Origin: a virus
Lineage: Duplodnaviria > Caudoviricetes
IMG/VR virus record: IMGVR_UViG_3300020413_000075
Coordinates: 1-25,041 of that record
Direction: 5' to 3' (one strand)
Length of the DNA stretch: 25,041 nt
Shown here: piece by piece, positions 1 through 9,674 of the stretch
How positions within the stretch are numbered: the stretch's first letter is position 1
Layout: every line of letters begins with the position of its first letter
The notes under the pieces: generated by a model
What the model was told of the DNA's origin: nothing
The model's input: only the letters and a program-made list of their open reading frames with translations
Databases searched by the model: none
Position numbers and translations under genes: made by a program

Positions 1-9
1 TTCATAGTA

Positions 10-1464
10 TCAGAATTGACCTCCATCAATTGTTGTTGTCCACTTCGGTATGCCACTGGCATCCGTTGTGAGTATAAAGTTTGAGGTAGTTATACCAGCA
101 GTAGTGCCAGCAGCACCAACCATCTTACCAGTAGTGTCAAAATAAATTATTCCATTACCAGTTGTTGAATAATCTCCACTTTGGAAGTATATTCCCTTTA
201 TATCTAGGAAACCTTTTGTACCGCTTAAAACGTTACCAGTAATAGTTGCATCAGGAACATATGTAAATGATCTTGCTGGTGCATTACTAGTTTCACCTGC
301 ACTATCATTATAACCAAAGAATCCAGTTTTGTTATTACCTACTCCAGTGCTTGTATTGTAGTTGAAAGAAACACCACGATCAGTATTAGTATCAAAACCA
401 TGAGTAACTGTTAATTGTGTAGTTGTTACAATACCACTAGTTGTTTGACCATTTATGAATACAGTAGAAACACCAGCTGATGAGACGTATGAATGTATAG
501 TTGTAGTTCCTGCACCTGGCAATGAATTACTACCACTTATCTGGTCTCCAGTATTAATGCCTGTAATTGAATCTAAAGTGATCGCAGATGTTCCAGATCC
601 AACTGTTGTCATTACAGTTCTCTTACTTGTCACATCACCAATATTCATTATTGGATCATTCAATGATGTATTTGTGGAATTAACAGTAGTAGTAGTTCCA
701 TCAACTTGTAAACTACCTTTGATGATAACTACACCATCACTATCTAAACCATCTGGATATGGATCAATGAATATTGTATTTCCACCACCAGACTTACTAC
801 TAATAACGTTAGATGAGATTCCAATATTATCAATTACTAATCCATCACCAATACCAGGATTTACTATCTCAAGAGGAACACCATCAAATATTATACCTTT
901 ACAGGAAGATTGTTTGGTTACTCGAACGTGATCAGTTCCATTTTCATCAAACTCAATACTTAGATCCTCATTCATACCAAAACTTAGTTTGGTATCATCA
1001 TTAATTATGACTTGTCCACTACCATTAGGTACAAAACGAATATCCCCATTAGAGTTGTTTGAATATATTGTGCTTCCATCAATTGTGAGGTTATCTACAG
1101 TCCAACTATCTACTGATGGTAAAGCTTGTGCTGCATATGCTGGCCCAAATCCCGAAGAAGCACCACCTGGATGAAGAGATGGCCCGTCTGATTTCAAAAT
1201 TGGTATAAATCCGTTTGCTAATGTCGAACTGAAAATATTTGCCTTTCCTTGAACCTCACCTGGCGCATTACCTATCATGTCAGTGTAATATTTACCACCA
1301 ATAACTATCGGATCTGGATCTGGAGTATTATTATCTCCAACAAATAATCTTCCACCTTTATTTCCTTGATTTCCATTAGCAATCGTAACAGCAAGTTCAC
1401 CGTAGTTTATGGTTGACGGAGCAGCGTTGCCAGTCGATCTTTTTACTCGTATTATACTGGCCAT
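10..1464 (-). CDS. Tail fibre / appendage protein (484 aa) with Mtd-N-like N-terminal attachment domain
   Basis: The N-terminus MASIIRVKRSTGNAAPSTINYGELAV...RLFVGD matches the IxxKRS...P..L..GELAV pattern of Mtd-N-type phage fibre N-termini. The body is G/T/S/N-rich and beta-prone with fibre motifs (VDNLTIDGSTI, GSLQVDGTTTTVNST, DRGVSFNY, ILTTDASGIPKW), and it ends IDGGQF. It lies downstream of the baseplate genes. Confidence 0.7.
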   Translation of the reverse strand: MASIIRVKRSTGNAAPSTINYGELAVTIANGNQGNKGGRLFVGDNNTPDPDPIVIGGKYYTDMIGNAPGEVQGKANIFSSTLANGFIPILKSDGPSLHPGGASSGFGPAYAAQALPSVDSWTVDNLTIDGSTIYSNNSNGDIRFVPNGSGQVIINDDTKLSFGMNEDLSIEFDENGTDHVRVTKQSSCKGIIFDGVPLEIVNPGIGDGLVIDNIGISSNVISSKSGGGNTIFIDPYPDGLDSDGVVIIKGSLQVDGTTTTVNSTNTSLNDPIMNIGDVTSKRTVMTTVGSGTSAITLDSITGINTGDQISGSNSLPGAGTTTIHSYVSSAGVSTVFINGQTTSGIVTTTQLTVTHGFDTNTDRGVSFNYNTSTGVGNNKTGFFGYNDSAGETSNAPARSFTYVPDATITGNVLSGTKGFLDIKGIYFQSGDYSTTGNGIIYFDTTGKMVGAAGTTAGITTSNFILTTDASGIPKWTTTIDGGQF

Positions 1465-1692
1465 TTAAAAACTTCCCCCATTAATGTTTAAATTTTGTGT
1501 TGCTCCTGGTGTTAGTTCTAATGTTGCTTCAAATTTACTCGTTGATGCGTTAAAGACCAAGACCATTCCATTTTGCAGACCACCAGATATGTCCACATCT
1601 GATAATCCACCTAAAGTTCCTCCACTACCAGCTAGAGAGGATATAACTTTATTCGCATTTCTTGAACCAACTCTGACTTTTATTTCAGACAT
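1465..1692 (-). CDS. Small fibre-associated structural protein (75 aa)
   Basis: Contains LGGLSDVD...NGMVLVFNASTSKFE, the L..LSDV...G.VL.[YF]N....K[WF] repeat unit common in phage fibres, and ends INGGSF. It is 5 nt from the upstream stop, and its own stop abuts the next ATG. Confidence 0.7.
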   Translation of the reverse strand: MSEIKVRVGSRNANKVISSLAGSGGTLGGLSDVDISGGLQNGMVLVFNASTSKFEATLELTPGATQNLNINGGSF

Positions 1693-1697
1693 TTTAA

Positions 1698-2036
1698 TTA
1701 ACCTGTAGTAACTCCAGCAGTAACAATTGCACTTCCACTAACAATTCTTGTTTTCAAAGAACCATCATTTAATAATACATCATAACTGTATCTACCTGCT
1801 TTCAAAGCAGATGTAATAGAAGACCCTAATGCAATTTTTAATTGCCCTTGAGCACGGTTCGGAAATGATACCGTAAATGCTGCCTTATCGCTTAATGAAG
1901 CAGGATGCTTCTTCAATTTTGATATGGCCGTATACCCAGATAAATCTAAAGGTGCATTTGATGCGTTCTCTAAATTAAAAATCTGGTTAAAGTCAGCACC
2001 AGCATCAATTACTATGTTACTAATATATGCTGCCAT
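1698..2036 (-). CDS. Small beta-sandwich virion protein (112 aa), resembling T5 p132/LtfC or BppU-N-type fibre collar/adaptor domains
   Basis: The pattern NIVIDAGADF...PLDLSGYTA...GQLKIAL...TSALKAGRYSYDVLL...TRIVSGSAIV is typical of this widespread Ig-like phage adaptor family. It has its own TATAAATA promoter about 30 nt upstream. Confidence 0.65.
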   Translation of the reverse strand: MAAYISNIVIDAGADFNQIFNLENASNAPLDLSGYTAISKLKKHPASLSDKAAFTVSFPNRAQGQLKIALGSSITSALKAGRYSYDVLLNDGSLKTRIVSGSAIVTAGVTTG

Positions 2037-2065
2037 TATTTAACTAATTAGAATCTGTCTTAGAA

Positions 2066-2073
2066 TATTTATA
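2066..2073 (-). promoter_or_regulatory. T4-type late promoter TATAAATA (gp55 sigma)
   Basis: Plus-strand tatttata is a perfect TATAAATA on the minus strand, in the 39-nt intergenic gap upstream of ORF 1698..2036. Confidence 0.8.
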
Positions 2074-2075
2074 AA

Positions 2076-2300
2076 TCATTTATCCATAATATTTCTAAGA
2101 AGAGTTTTGATCTCATCCATATCCTGTTTTAGAGAATCCAAATCACTACGCATATTATCAAATTTCCTTTTTTCTGCGTATTTTTTCTCAGATAATTTTA
2201 TAAATTTATCAAATTCACTCTGATTTTTGCTGATAATCGCATTTGAATCAACATCTCTCACAAGGGAGACATCAGATTTAACTTTTATGTGTTTGTTCAT
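2076..2300 (-). CDS. Small hypothetical protein with C-terminal coiled coil (74 aa)
   Basis: N-terminal IKVK..VSLVRD..SNAII segment followed by a heptad pattern (MRSDLDSLKQDMDEIKTLLRNIM). Its ATG overlaps the upstream stop (TAATG, 2298-2302). Confidence 0.75.
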   Translation of the reverse strand: MNKHIKVKSDVSLVRDVDSNAIISKNQSEFDKFIKLSEKKYAEKRKFDNMRSDLDSLKQDMDEIKTLLRNIMDK

Positions 2301-5300
2301 TAGTCGTCAATTTGGAATGATCTAAGTGCAATTGCTCTAAAGTTCTTAAGTCTAGGTGGTTTTGCTTGACTAGTTGATGTCATTACAACTTTAATCATAA
2401 ATCCAGTAAACTGTGCAGTATTTTCAACAGTAAACTTATATTCACTAAACGCATTTCTAAATGCATTTGCATTTACAGTTTTGTCTGGTAATCCGTTTGT
2501 ATTGAATGGAATATAGTTTTGATTCTTATCATCCCCATCACCTCTGAATAGTTTATAGAAGACTCTAAACTCACCTTCAGGTTCTCTATGTCCGTCAAAC
2601 TGAACAAATATAGAGTTAGAAACAAATTCTAAATTAATTCTTCTTGTTTCATAAATCGCAGTATTTGGATCTAAACCAGATATTTTTGGTCTACTATCAG
2701 TTTCAAAGTTAACTACATTATCATCTACCAAATTACTAATTGCGACTACGTTTAATGTGTCTAAATCTATAACTGGAGATACGTCAGGTTGTGTTGTTGA
2801 AAGTGTCAATTCTAGTCCGAAAGACTTCTGATTGTTTAATAAATCAAACTCATTTACCTCTGATGCAATAATTCTTGGACTATCAAGATAGTTTAACTGA
2901 TTAAGAGCTATGGTTTCATAACCTTTATCTACAAATGATGCTTCATTACCACTTAAACTTGTTCCTGAAGTTGTTTTAATTCTTCCAGTTATATCAGTTC
3001 CAGTAGGTGTTATAGATGTGATTCTAGGATCTATTATTTCAAATGGAACGTTCTGTGAAATGTGAAGTGCACTTCCACCACCAGTTTTAGTAATATCAAA
3101 TGCTTTTCCACCAGTTGCGACTTTTAGATAGTAACTATCAAATGTTTTTTCTCTTGGATCAATATTATGATCTTTATTCATTTTTCTTAGAGACACGCCA
3201 TTGAACTCATACTTACGAGTTAATGATGATGAACTATGATTTGATTTAAAACTTGAATCAACAGATCTTGTTGCAATTGTTATTTGATTACTTGAAATCG
3301 CATTGTATGCAATAATTTCTCTATCGATTAATAAGTATCCAGTATGTCCAGCTCCAACTGCAGTCCCTTCAAAAGTTGTAAAGTCAGCACCATTCGTAAG
3401 GTCTATAGTTGTGCTATCATCATCTATATTTGAAGTTAATAAAGTTGGTTTTACATCAGGATGGAAATTAGAAACTCTTACTTTGTTTGTGCTTGAGTGC
3501 ATTCCGTGATTTCTGTGATCAACTTTAAGAGTATATCCATCTCGAATTGGGTCAGAACTAATTCCAGTAATGTTGGCAGCAGTAATTGGAATATTTACAC
3601 CACTAGTGGTGATATGAGTCATATTTGCATTATCTACAAAAGTATCCTTAACATTATCAACCACCAATAAGTTTGTATTGGTTGTATTTTTAACCACTAC
3701 TCTTACTCCTGATCCATTAAATCCAACAGAGTTCATAAGAAGTAAATCACCTGCTTGATATCCAGTTCCACCATTTGTAATATTAATATTTGCAGTTCCT
3801 AATGCACCACCTGCTTGAACTGACACTGTTGCAGTTGCACCTTGACCAAATCCAGTCAGACTTGTAAATCCAATTCCAGAAAATGATCCTTGTGTTAAAC
3901 CAATTCCAGTATTTGGGACTAAATCTACTTTACTTGCTCCTGTTGTTATTGCTCCACCAGAGGCAGTGATGCGACCAGTATTTGTTCCTTGTTTAAGTTC
4001 AGATCCAGCTCCAAATGAAGTTGTGGTTGATGCTATTGAAACATTTAATCTTTTCGAATATGCAACAACAGGATTTTCTTTTCTAATTTTCTGTAGTTGT
4101 AATTCACTATTACGAAGAAGAACACTAGATGGTGTATTAGTTACAAATTGTGCCTTATTAAGTTTAAACTTAAGGTCTTCTAACTGACTTGGTGTCCAAG
4201 TAGAACTATTTTGTGATTTAAATAGTGAACCCAGATATGGTTGACTGTTACTTACAGACTGAAGAATCAAATCTTCTTCACCCATTCTAGTAATATAAGT
4301 AAGATATTTTTCAGTTTCTGCTACTAAAACTAATGCATACTCATATCCACTTTGTAGATAAACTGGTGTATCAAATCTAAAGTTGGTTGCTACAGCTGGA
4401 TCAGGAGAAGCATTGACATCTCCAGGACTAATTTGTACCTCACCGAATGGTAAAATTGTGGTTGTTGGTGAACCATCCCTCATTGTCCTTATTTGAACAG
4501 TTACAGGAACCTCATTATCTTTAGTTTTGAAGAATAACTCACCACCTGTTATAAAGATACCATCTTGATATAGATCTTTTTCAACTAAAAATGATTGTGC
4601 AAGAGGGTCATAATAATCTATTCGTTGCGATGTTTGAACATTCACAGGATCTTGAACCACATCCTCTGTAAATATTCTCGAAACTGGTTGATCTGAACCA
4701 ATTTGTTGTCTTTCAATTTGAGGAGTTCGAATATTAAGAGTTTGTTCTTGTGTATTTGTTTGATAACCAGTTGCAAGATAATTTGTTTCTGCAGAACTCT
4801 CACCAGGATCTAATATGCTTGCATTAGCTGGACTTGTAGTAATTCTAATCGTATTGTTTCCAGTAGTAAATAAAGGACTACTTTCTACAGTTGGGTCAGG
4901 TATATGTAATGAGAAAATTAAACTTCCATCAGAATCACTTACTAAACTTAAATCACTAACAGTTGCTTCTGCATCACCATCAGCATTAACTAAGTTCATT
5001 CCTTTTTTAACATACCCAATATGATCTGGTTCAGTAAAGAATGCTAATCCACCAGTATCAACATTTAATACTGTGCTTGTGCTAGAATATGTGTCAGGTA
5101 AAGATGTTGAATCATATGGATTTGTTACATAAGTTGTATAGTCGGGATCTGGAGCTCCATTTTTTTGACCATTAAATGAACCTGTTTTATGGTTTTGAGT
5201 AGTAAGTCTAAAGTGAATGCTTGGTTTGCCAGTTGTTCCTGGTGGATTTTCCACGCTATACATTAGATCACCAGTGGAGAATGATCCTCTTATCATAGTA

Positions 5301-8300
5301 ACTGGAAGAAGTTTAGGAACAGCATATTCTGTCATATCCTGATTTTCCATAAACACATAATATCTTGTATTTGGTTTTAATCTCTTACCTACAACTTCAA
5401 CGTTTCTAGATCTAACATTATATAAGATGTCTATTCCAAGAACTTTATTGCCCAAATCAATCACTTGATCATTTGGTGTTAATTGAAGACCGAATTCTCT
5501 TTCAATTCCACTTTCTGAGAAAGTTTGTGTGACTGTATTAACAACTGTTTGATTTGTTACTGCCAGCACTTCAGTTCCATGACCAGCTGCTTGATGAATA
5601 GTTTCAGTTTGTGATGCTACAACTTCACTATCGGTAATTTCTTCTCCAAGAAATGTTGCACTATCTCTACCATTCCAAGTGGTTTCATGAGAGTTCCAGA
5701 AACTAGATGCCATTCCACCATTTTCACGATCATCAACATCTAATAGTTCTGCAAGTGCATTATATGCAGTGTCAATGTTAAAGACTGCTGGAGCTCCAAG
5801 AGGAACCTCTTCAACCCAAAAATCTGACTCTGGATTTAATTGTATTGATCCTGCAAATAATGCTATATGGAAGGGATTTAAGTTTTCTGTTCTTGTTGCA
5901 AATGGTTGTGATAAAAATTCTACATCTGTATGCTTAAGAATTAAAGCAGGGCCGCTTCTTGTAATATTTCCATCAACAAAATCTTCAACCCATCTATAAT
6001 CAGCATTTACAGGATCATTAAGTGTGCTTTTTGTTTCGTGTATTAAGGGAACATTTCTTTCTGTTGATCTTGGTCTACATTCACCTTTTACAAGATCAAT
6101 ATCAAATTTAGATTCTCCTTTTAAATTGTGAATTAGATGATCAGTAAAATTATCCACAAAGAAACCAGATTTAAACTTATCCAATCCAGTGCTTGGATCT
6201 TTAATTGATAAATTTTTAGTATCAGTCTCTAATAATGATAATGTTGTGTAATTTTCTAAATTTTTAATTCTATGCTCAAGACTACCAATATCTTTCATTG
6301 TATATCTCTTATGTCTCACTGTTTTTATAGTAACCTCTTGATTTGCATTACGAACATAAGGAGGATATGAAATTGAAGCAACTTCAAAAGCTTCATCATT
6401 TGGTAGAGGTAATTTGGGAAGTCTTGATGGAGTTCCTTCTTTTACACTAAAGAAACCATCTTTTGTTAGATATAATCTATCAACTCGACCCTGATAGTAA
6501 GAATAATCAACTACAACACTCTTATTCGATACTACAACTTCAGATTGTGTTGAAGCAAAAGATCTTGACCCAAAAGCAAATGGTGATTTATTATTTGCAC
6601 TAAATGGTGCTACTCTAGGTCTAAAATCAATAAAGTCAGAAGCAAATCTATCAAATACGAATGGTATATCTTTACTATAACTTAATGTATTATAACTGTT
6701 GACTGTTTCAATAGTTCCTGCATTTTCATTATTGAGTAAGTAGTCAAATATGATTCTTAATTTACGAGTTGGTTTTTCTACATCTGATTTCCTTACAATT
6801 CTAGAAAAGTCTGCAAATTCAAATCTTTGTCCATCATCTAAAGTGTAATTATTAAGTAAATTTCGATCACCAGGTAAAACACTAGTTAGTGTTGCAAATA
6901 TTCCAGATGTTTTAAGTGATATATTCTCTGCTACTTCAAATGTATTTTGATTTTCATAAACAAATGAAATTGAAGTTCCAGATACAACAGAAACAACACG
7001 AGCTACTGCACCTGAAGTTCCACCAATAAATTGTTCCCCAACTGTAACATTTCCAGTAAATGTTGCTGTTGCATCAGTTGCAATTAGAGTTGGTAAATCT
7101 GGATTATTTGTATCATTCGATTCAAAAATTGCTAGTATACGAGATACTTCTGGAACATTTAATGAAATCTCCTCATCCTGAACTCTTGTTCCATAATATT
7201 CACTGTGTGTCAAACCATCATCAAGAGAAGTAGTTCCAATACCAGATGATGTAGACTCTGACTTAGATACAATTAAATCACTACATCTTACGATTGATTT
7301 TTCTTTAGATGCCAATTTACTTCTTCTTATAGCAACTGTTAAAACTGCATCACCACTTGCTTTCGATAATCCCTTGATTACTACAGACTTACCATTTGTT
7401 GCAACCTCTACCATTGGATCACGAAGTGTTTCAACAAATCCAAGATCTGATGTTGTATCAATTTCTAAGGTATAGTTTGATGTTGTAAATGGTTCAAAGA
7501 ACAAATCATCGGTGCTTAGACCTGTTATATCAGATATATTAAATGTTACTTGACTTGCTGAGTAATTTGATTTTGATATCTGCTTTCTTATAATGTATGA
7601 ACTATCCAATACATTCATTGATGCAACAAAATCATCTGCTAACTTGACTCTAAAACCAGGATCATCTGCTTCATGTAGTGTTGGTATTTTGACTGTTACA
7701 TGATTTGGTGATATATTACCAAGAGCACCATCACATACACCAGTAACAGTAGCAACTGTTGCCATTTGGAAATTAGTTCCACCAACACCTATAGAATCTA
7801 CTCGGTTAAAAGTTTGATCAGTTCTAGAATGACTTCCAGTAAAACCGATAATATCATTTACCTTAACTACAGATCTGTAGTCTTTAATAGATGGACTAAG
7901 AAGTAATCCAGAAGTAATACTGATTTCCTCTCCAGCTCTGAATATTTCTTTATCACGATCTAATACTAAGTTTGCAGCAAACGTTGTAGTTCCACTTCCA
8001 ACACTGTTAACAACACCAACATCACTATGAATTGACTTAATATCTTCAAAACTATTATCTACAATACTTGTAATATTATTACCAACCTCAATACCATTTA
8101 CTATTAAAGGTTCATTTATTTGAAACTCTCCAATAACGTCACGAATAGTTATTGTACTTACATTTGTTTTTGCACCTAAAGCAGCATATCCAACTGCTCC
8201 ACTATACTTACCCTTTACGTGAGCGTCTATTCCGTGTGATAATACAGTTGCAATACCTACAACTGTGTATAATTGCATATCATAGAACTTCAGATCAAAA

Positions 8301-9673
8301 GTTGTAACAGCTATTCCTGTTGAAGTTTTTTGTGAATAATCGTATGCTCTTGCGTTACCTATAATTGTTGCACCATCATCAGCACTCTTGTTTGCATCTA
8401 ACCTTCTATCTAATAATTTTAGTGGTGTTGCAGTAAAACCAATAGGTGGAGAACCAAGAACATTAGTTATCTCCATTGATTTTCCAATTCTTACTGGAAC
8501 GCTTATATTTTCCTCTAATTTGGTCGTTCTTGGTTTTAGGACATCGATAGACGTTGATCCAACTTTATCGATCTCATAACCCCTTACATACGCCTTTCCT
8601 GAAGAAACCTGAAGACTAATAATATCATCTGAAGGTGTATTTCCATTTTGAGTTTGTTGAGTGTCAAAATATATTCCTCTATTTCCAATTCTATCATTTA
8701 AAGACTCTTTAACATCTATCGAGAATGGTCTTACATAATAATCTCCCGATTCATCATATGTTCTTCTTGCCAATTCTCTTGCAAAAATATTATAATCAGT
8801 CGTAGTTACCATTTCTCTGACTGAACCGTTCTCAACTCTCATCAATTCAACAAAATCTTTATCATTAATATCAGTCAAAGATTTTTTATGAATAGATAGA
8901 GATATTTTTAATCTATCTGCACCTGGTGCGGCCTCATTTGAAAAACCTAAAGCATTGTCATATAAATCAGAATTAGTTGATGTTGCACTTGCTTTTTCCT
9001 CTTTTACTAAAAATCCAACTCTATAACTTGGAGAATTGCTATATTGATCTAAAATTACTGTTGATGCTATTGTTTTTACAAAAAATCCACGAACAAAATA
9101 AACGCCTTCATTTACAGAAAAGGATGCTCCAGTTGAAGTTGCATTTGTAACGATACATCTTGCAAATTGACTATTTGCTGCAATACTTGTGTTTAAAAAA
9201 GTAATTCCAGAAAGAGTTATTAAATTTTCACCATCTTGAAATGTTTTTGTGACTCCATCTGATCCAGATTTTGAATATTTTACATATAAAGTATCAAATC
9301 CATCAACAGATTCTGGTGCAGTTAATCTATTAACCACTGTTGCCTCAACACCAGATGTCTCTCCTTTTATCTTTATATTGTTATCTACTAAAAATTTTGT
9401 ATAACTATTGACTGGTATATTTAAGAAATTTGGATCTATTTTTACTGCAAAATAACTAGGATCATAGAAAGTTCCACCAGGTATAACCTGTGAACCTTCT
9501 TTGAAAAAGTGTCTTCCAAACTTTTCAACTTGATTTTGTAATATTGACTGAAGTGTTGTTAATTCTCTTGCTTGAACTGGAAAACCAGGTTTAAACAATA
9601 CCTTGTGATAATTTTTATTTTCATTAAAATCATCAAAATATGGGGAAACATTTAAGTTAGTATTTTGTGGCAT
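2300..9673 (-). CDS. Giant VrlC-like / DUF4815-domain virion structural protein (2457 aa), probable outer baseplate/tail appendage component
   Basis: Recognisable motifs: N-terminal TNLNVSPYFDDF...KVLFKPGFPVQARELTTLQSILQNQ, APGADRLKI, LARRTYDESGDY, GKAYVRGYE, RRYTM-like KRYTMKDIGSLEHRI..LENYTTLSLLE, DKFKSGFFVDNF and DPLAQSF...GELFFKTKD. It sits directly after gp8, as in T4-like cyanophages. Confidence 0.85.
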   Translation of the reverse strand: MPQNTNLNVSPYFDDFNENKNYHKVLFKPGFPVQARELTTLQSILQNQVEKFGRHFFKEGSQVIPGGTFYDPSYFAVKIDPNFLNIPVNSYTKFLVDNNIKIKGETSGVEATVVNRLTAPESVDGFDTLYVKYSKSGSDGVTKTFQDGENLITLSGITFLNTSIAANSQFARCIVTNATSTGASFSVNEGVYFVRGFFVKTIASTVILDQYSNSPSYRVGFLVKEEKASATSTNSDLYDNALGFSNEAAPGADRLKISLSIHKKSLTDINDKDFVELMRVENGSVREMVTTTDYNIFARELARRTYDESGDYYVRPFSIDVKESLNDRIGNRGIYFDTQQTQNGNTPSDDIISLQVSSGKAYVRGYEIDKVGSTSIDVLKPRTTKLEENISVPVRIGKSMEITNVLGSPPIGFTATPLKLLDRRLDANKSADDGATIIGNARAYDYSQKTSTGIAVTTFDLKFYDMQLYTVVGIATVLSHGIDAHVKGKYSGAVGYAALGAKTNVSTITIRDVIGEFQINEPLIVNGIEVGNNITSIVDNSFEDIKSIHSDVGVVNSVGSGTTTFAANLVLDRDKEIFRAGEEISITSGLLLSPSIKDYRSVVKVNDIIGFTGSHSRTDQTFNRVDSIGVGGTNFQMATVATVTGVCDGALGNISPNHVTVKIPTLHEADDPGFRVKLADDFVASMNVLDSSYIIRKQISKSNYSASQVTFNISDITGLSTDDLFFEPFTTSNYTLEIDTTSDLGFVETLRDPMVEVATNGKSVVIKGLSKASGDAVLTVAIRRSKLASKEKSIVRCSDLIVSKSESTSSGIGTTSLDDGLTHSEYYGTRVQDEEISLNVPEVSRILAIFESNDTNNPDLPTLIATDATATFTGNVTVGEQFIGGTSGAVARVVSVVSGTSISFVYENQNTFEVAENISLKTSGIFATLTSVLPGDRNLLNNYTLDDGQRFEFADFSRIVRKSDVEKPTRKLRIIFDYLLNNENAGTIETVNSYNTLSYSKDIPFVFDRFASDFIDFRPRVAPFSANNKSPFAFGSRSFASTQSEVVVSNKSVVVDYSYYQGRVDRLYLTKDGFFSVKEGTPSRLPKLPLPNDEAFEVASISYPPYVRNANQEVTIKTVRHKRYTMKDIGSLEHRIKNLENYTTLSLLETDTKNLSIKDPSTGLDKFKSGFFVDNFTDHLIHNLKGESKFDIDLVKGECRPRSTERNVPLIHETKSTLNDPVNADYRWVEDFVDGNITRSGPALILKHTDVEFLSQPFATRTENLNPFHIALFAGSIQLNPESDFWVEEVPLGAPAVFNIDTAYNALAELLDVDDRENGGMASSFWNSHETTWNGRDSATFLGEEITDSEVVASQTETIHQAAGHGTEVLAVTNQTVVNTVTQTFSESGIEREFGLQLTPNDQVIDLGNKVLGIDILYNVRSRNVEVVGKRLKPNTRYYVFMENQDMTEYAVPKLLPVTMIRGSFSTGDLMYSVENPPGTTGKPSIHFRLTTQNHKTGSFNGQKNGAPDPDYTTYVTNPYDSTSLPDTYSSTSTVLNVDTGGLAFFTEPDHIGYVKKGMNLVNADGDAEATVSDLSLVSDSDGSLIFSLHIPDPTVESSPLFTTGNNTIRITTSPANASILDPGESSAETNYLATGYQTNTQEQTLNIRTPQIERQQIGSDQPVSRIFTEDVVQDPVNVQTSQRIDYYDPLAQSFLVEKDLYQDGIFITGGELFFKTKDNEVPVTVQIRTMRDGSPTTTILPFGEVQISPGDVNASPDPAVATNFRFDTPVYLQSGYEYALVLVAETEKYLTYITRMGEEDLILQSVSNSQPYLGSLFKSQNSSTWTPSQLEDLKFKLNKAQFVTNTPSSVLLRNSELQLQKIRKENPVVAYSKRLNVSIASTTTSFGAGSELKQGTNTGRITASGGAITTGASKVDLVPNTGIGLTQGSFSGIGFTSLTGFGQGATATVSVQAGGALGTANINITNGGTGYQAGDLLLMNSVGFNGSGVRVVVKNTTNTNLLVVDNVKDTFVDNANMTHITTSGVNIPITAANITGISSDPIRDGYTLKVDHRNHGMHSSTNKVRVSNFHPDVKPTLLTSNIDDDSTTIDLTNGADFTTFEGTAVGAGHTGYLLIDREIIAYNAISSNQITIATRSVDSSFKSNHSSSSLTRKYEFNGVSLRKMNKDHNIDPREKTFDSYYLKVATGGKAFDITKTGGGSALHISQNVPFEIIDPRITSITPTGTDITGRIKTTSGTSLSGNEASFVDKGYETIALNQLNYLDSPRIIASEVNEFDLLNNQKSFGLELTLSTTQPDVSPVIDLDTLNVVAISNLVDDNVVNFETDSRPKISGLDPNTAIYETRRINLEFVSNSIFVQFDGHREPEGEFRVFYKLFRGDGDDKNQNYIPFNTNGLPDKTVNANAFRNAFSEYKFTVENTAQFTGFMIKVVMTSTSQAKPPRLKNFRAIALRSFQIDD

Positions 9674-9674
9674 C

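Noticed and set aside
1-5. ATG at 5..3 on the minus strand, 4 nt after the fibre stop
   Set aside because: Probably the start of the next gene, but only 5 nt are visible, so it cannot be supported.
455-931. 158-aa plus-strand ORF and the many other plus-strand ORFs in the track
   Set aside because: All are antisense shadows of long minus-strand structural genes, rich in V/P/L/S/I as expected from reverse-complemented G/T/N/D codons. None has a recognisable motif or clear start signals.
10-1464. Diversity-generating retroelement suggested by the Mtd-N-like domain
   Set aside because: No reverse transcriptase, no template/variable repeat pair and no C-type-lectin-like C-terminus are visible in the window.
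1455-1480. Possible programmed frameshift at GGGGGAAGTTTTTAAATG
   Set aside because: There is no in-phase X XXY YYZ heptamer, and the two ORFs are already in the same frame, so a shift would not join them.
2040-2076. 7-bp direct repeat ttagaat and palindrome atttataaat around the late promoter
   Set aside because: Too short and AT-rich to distinguish from chance.
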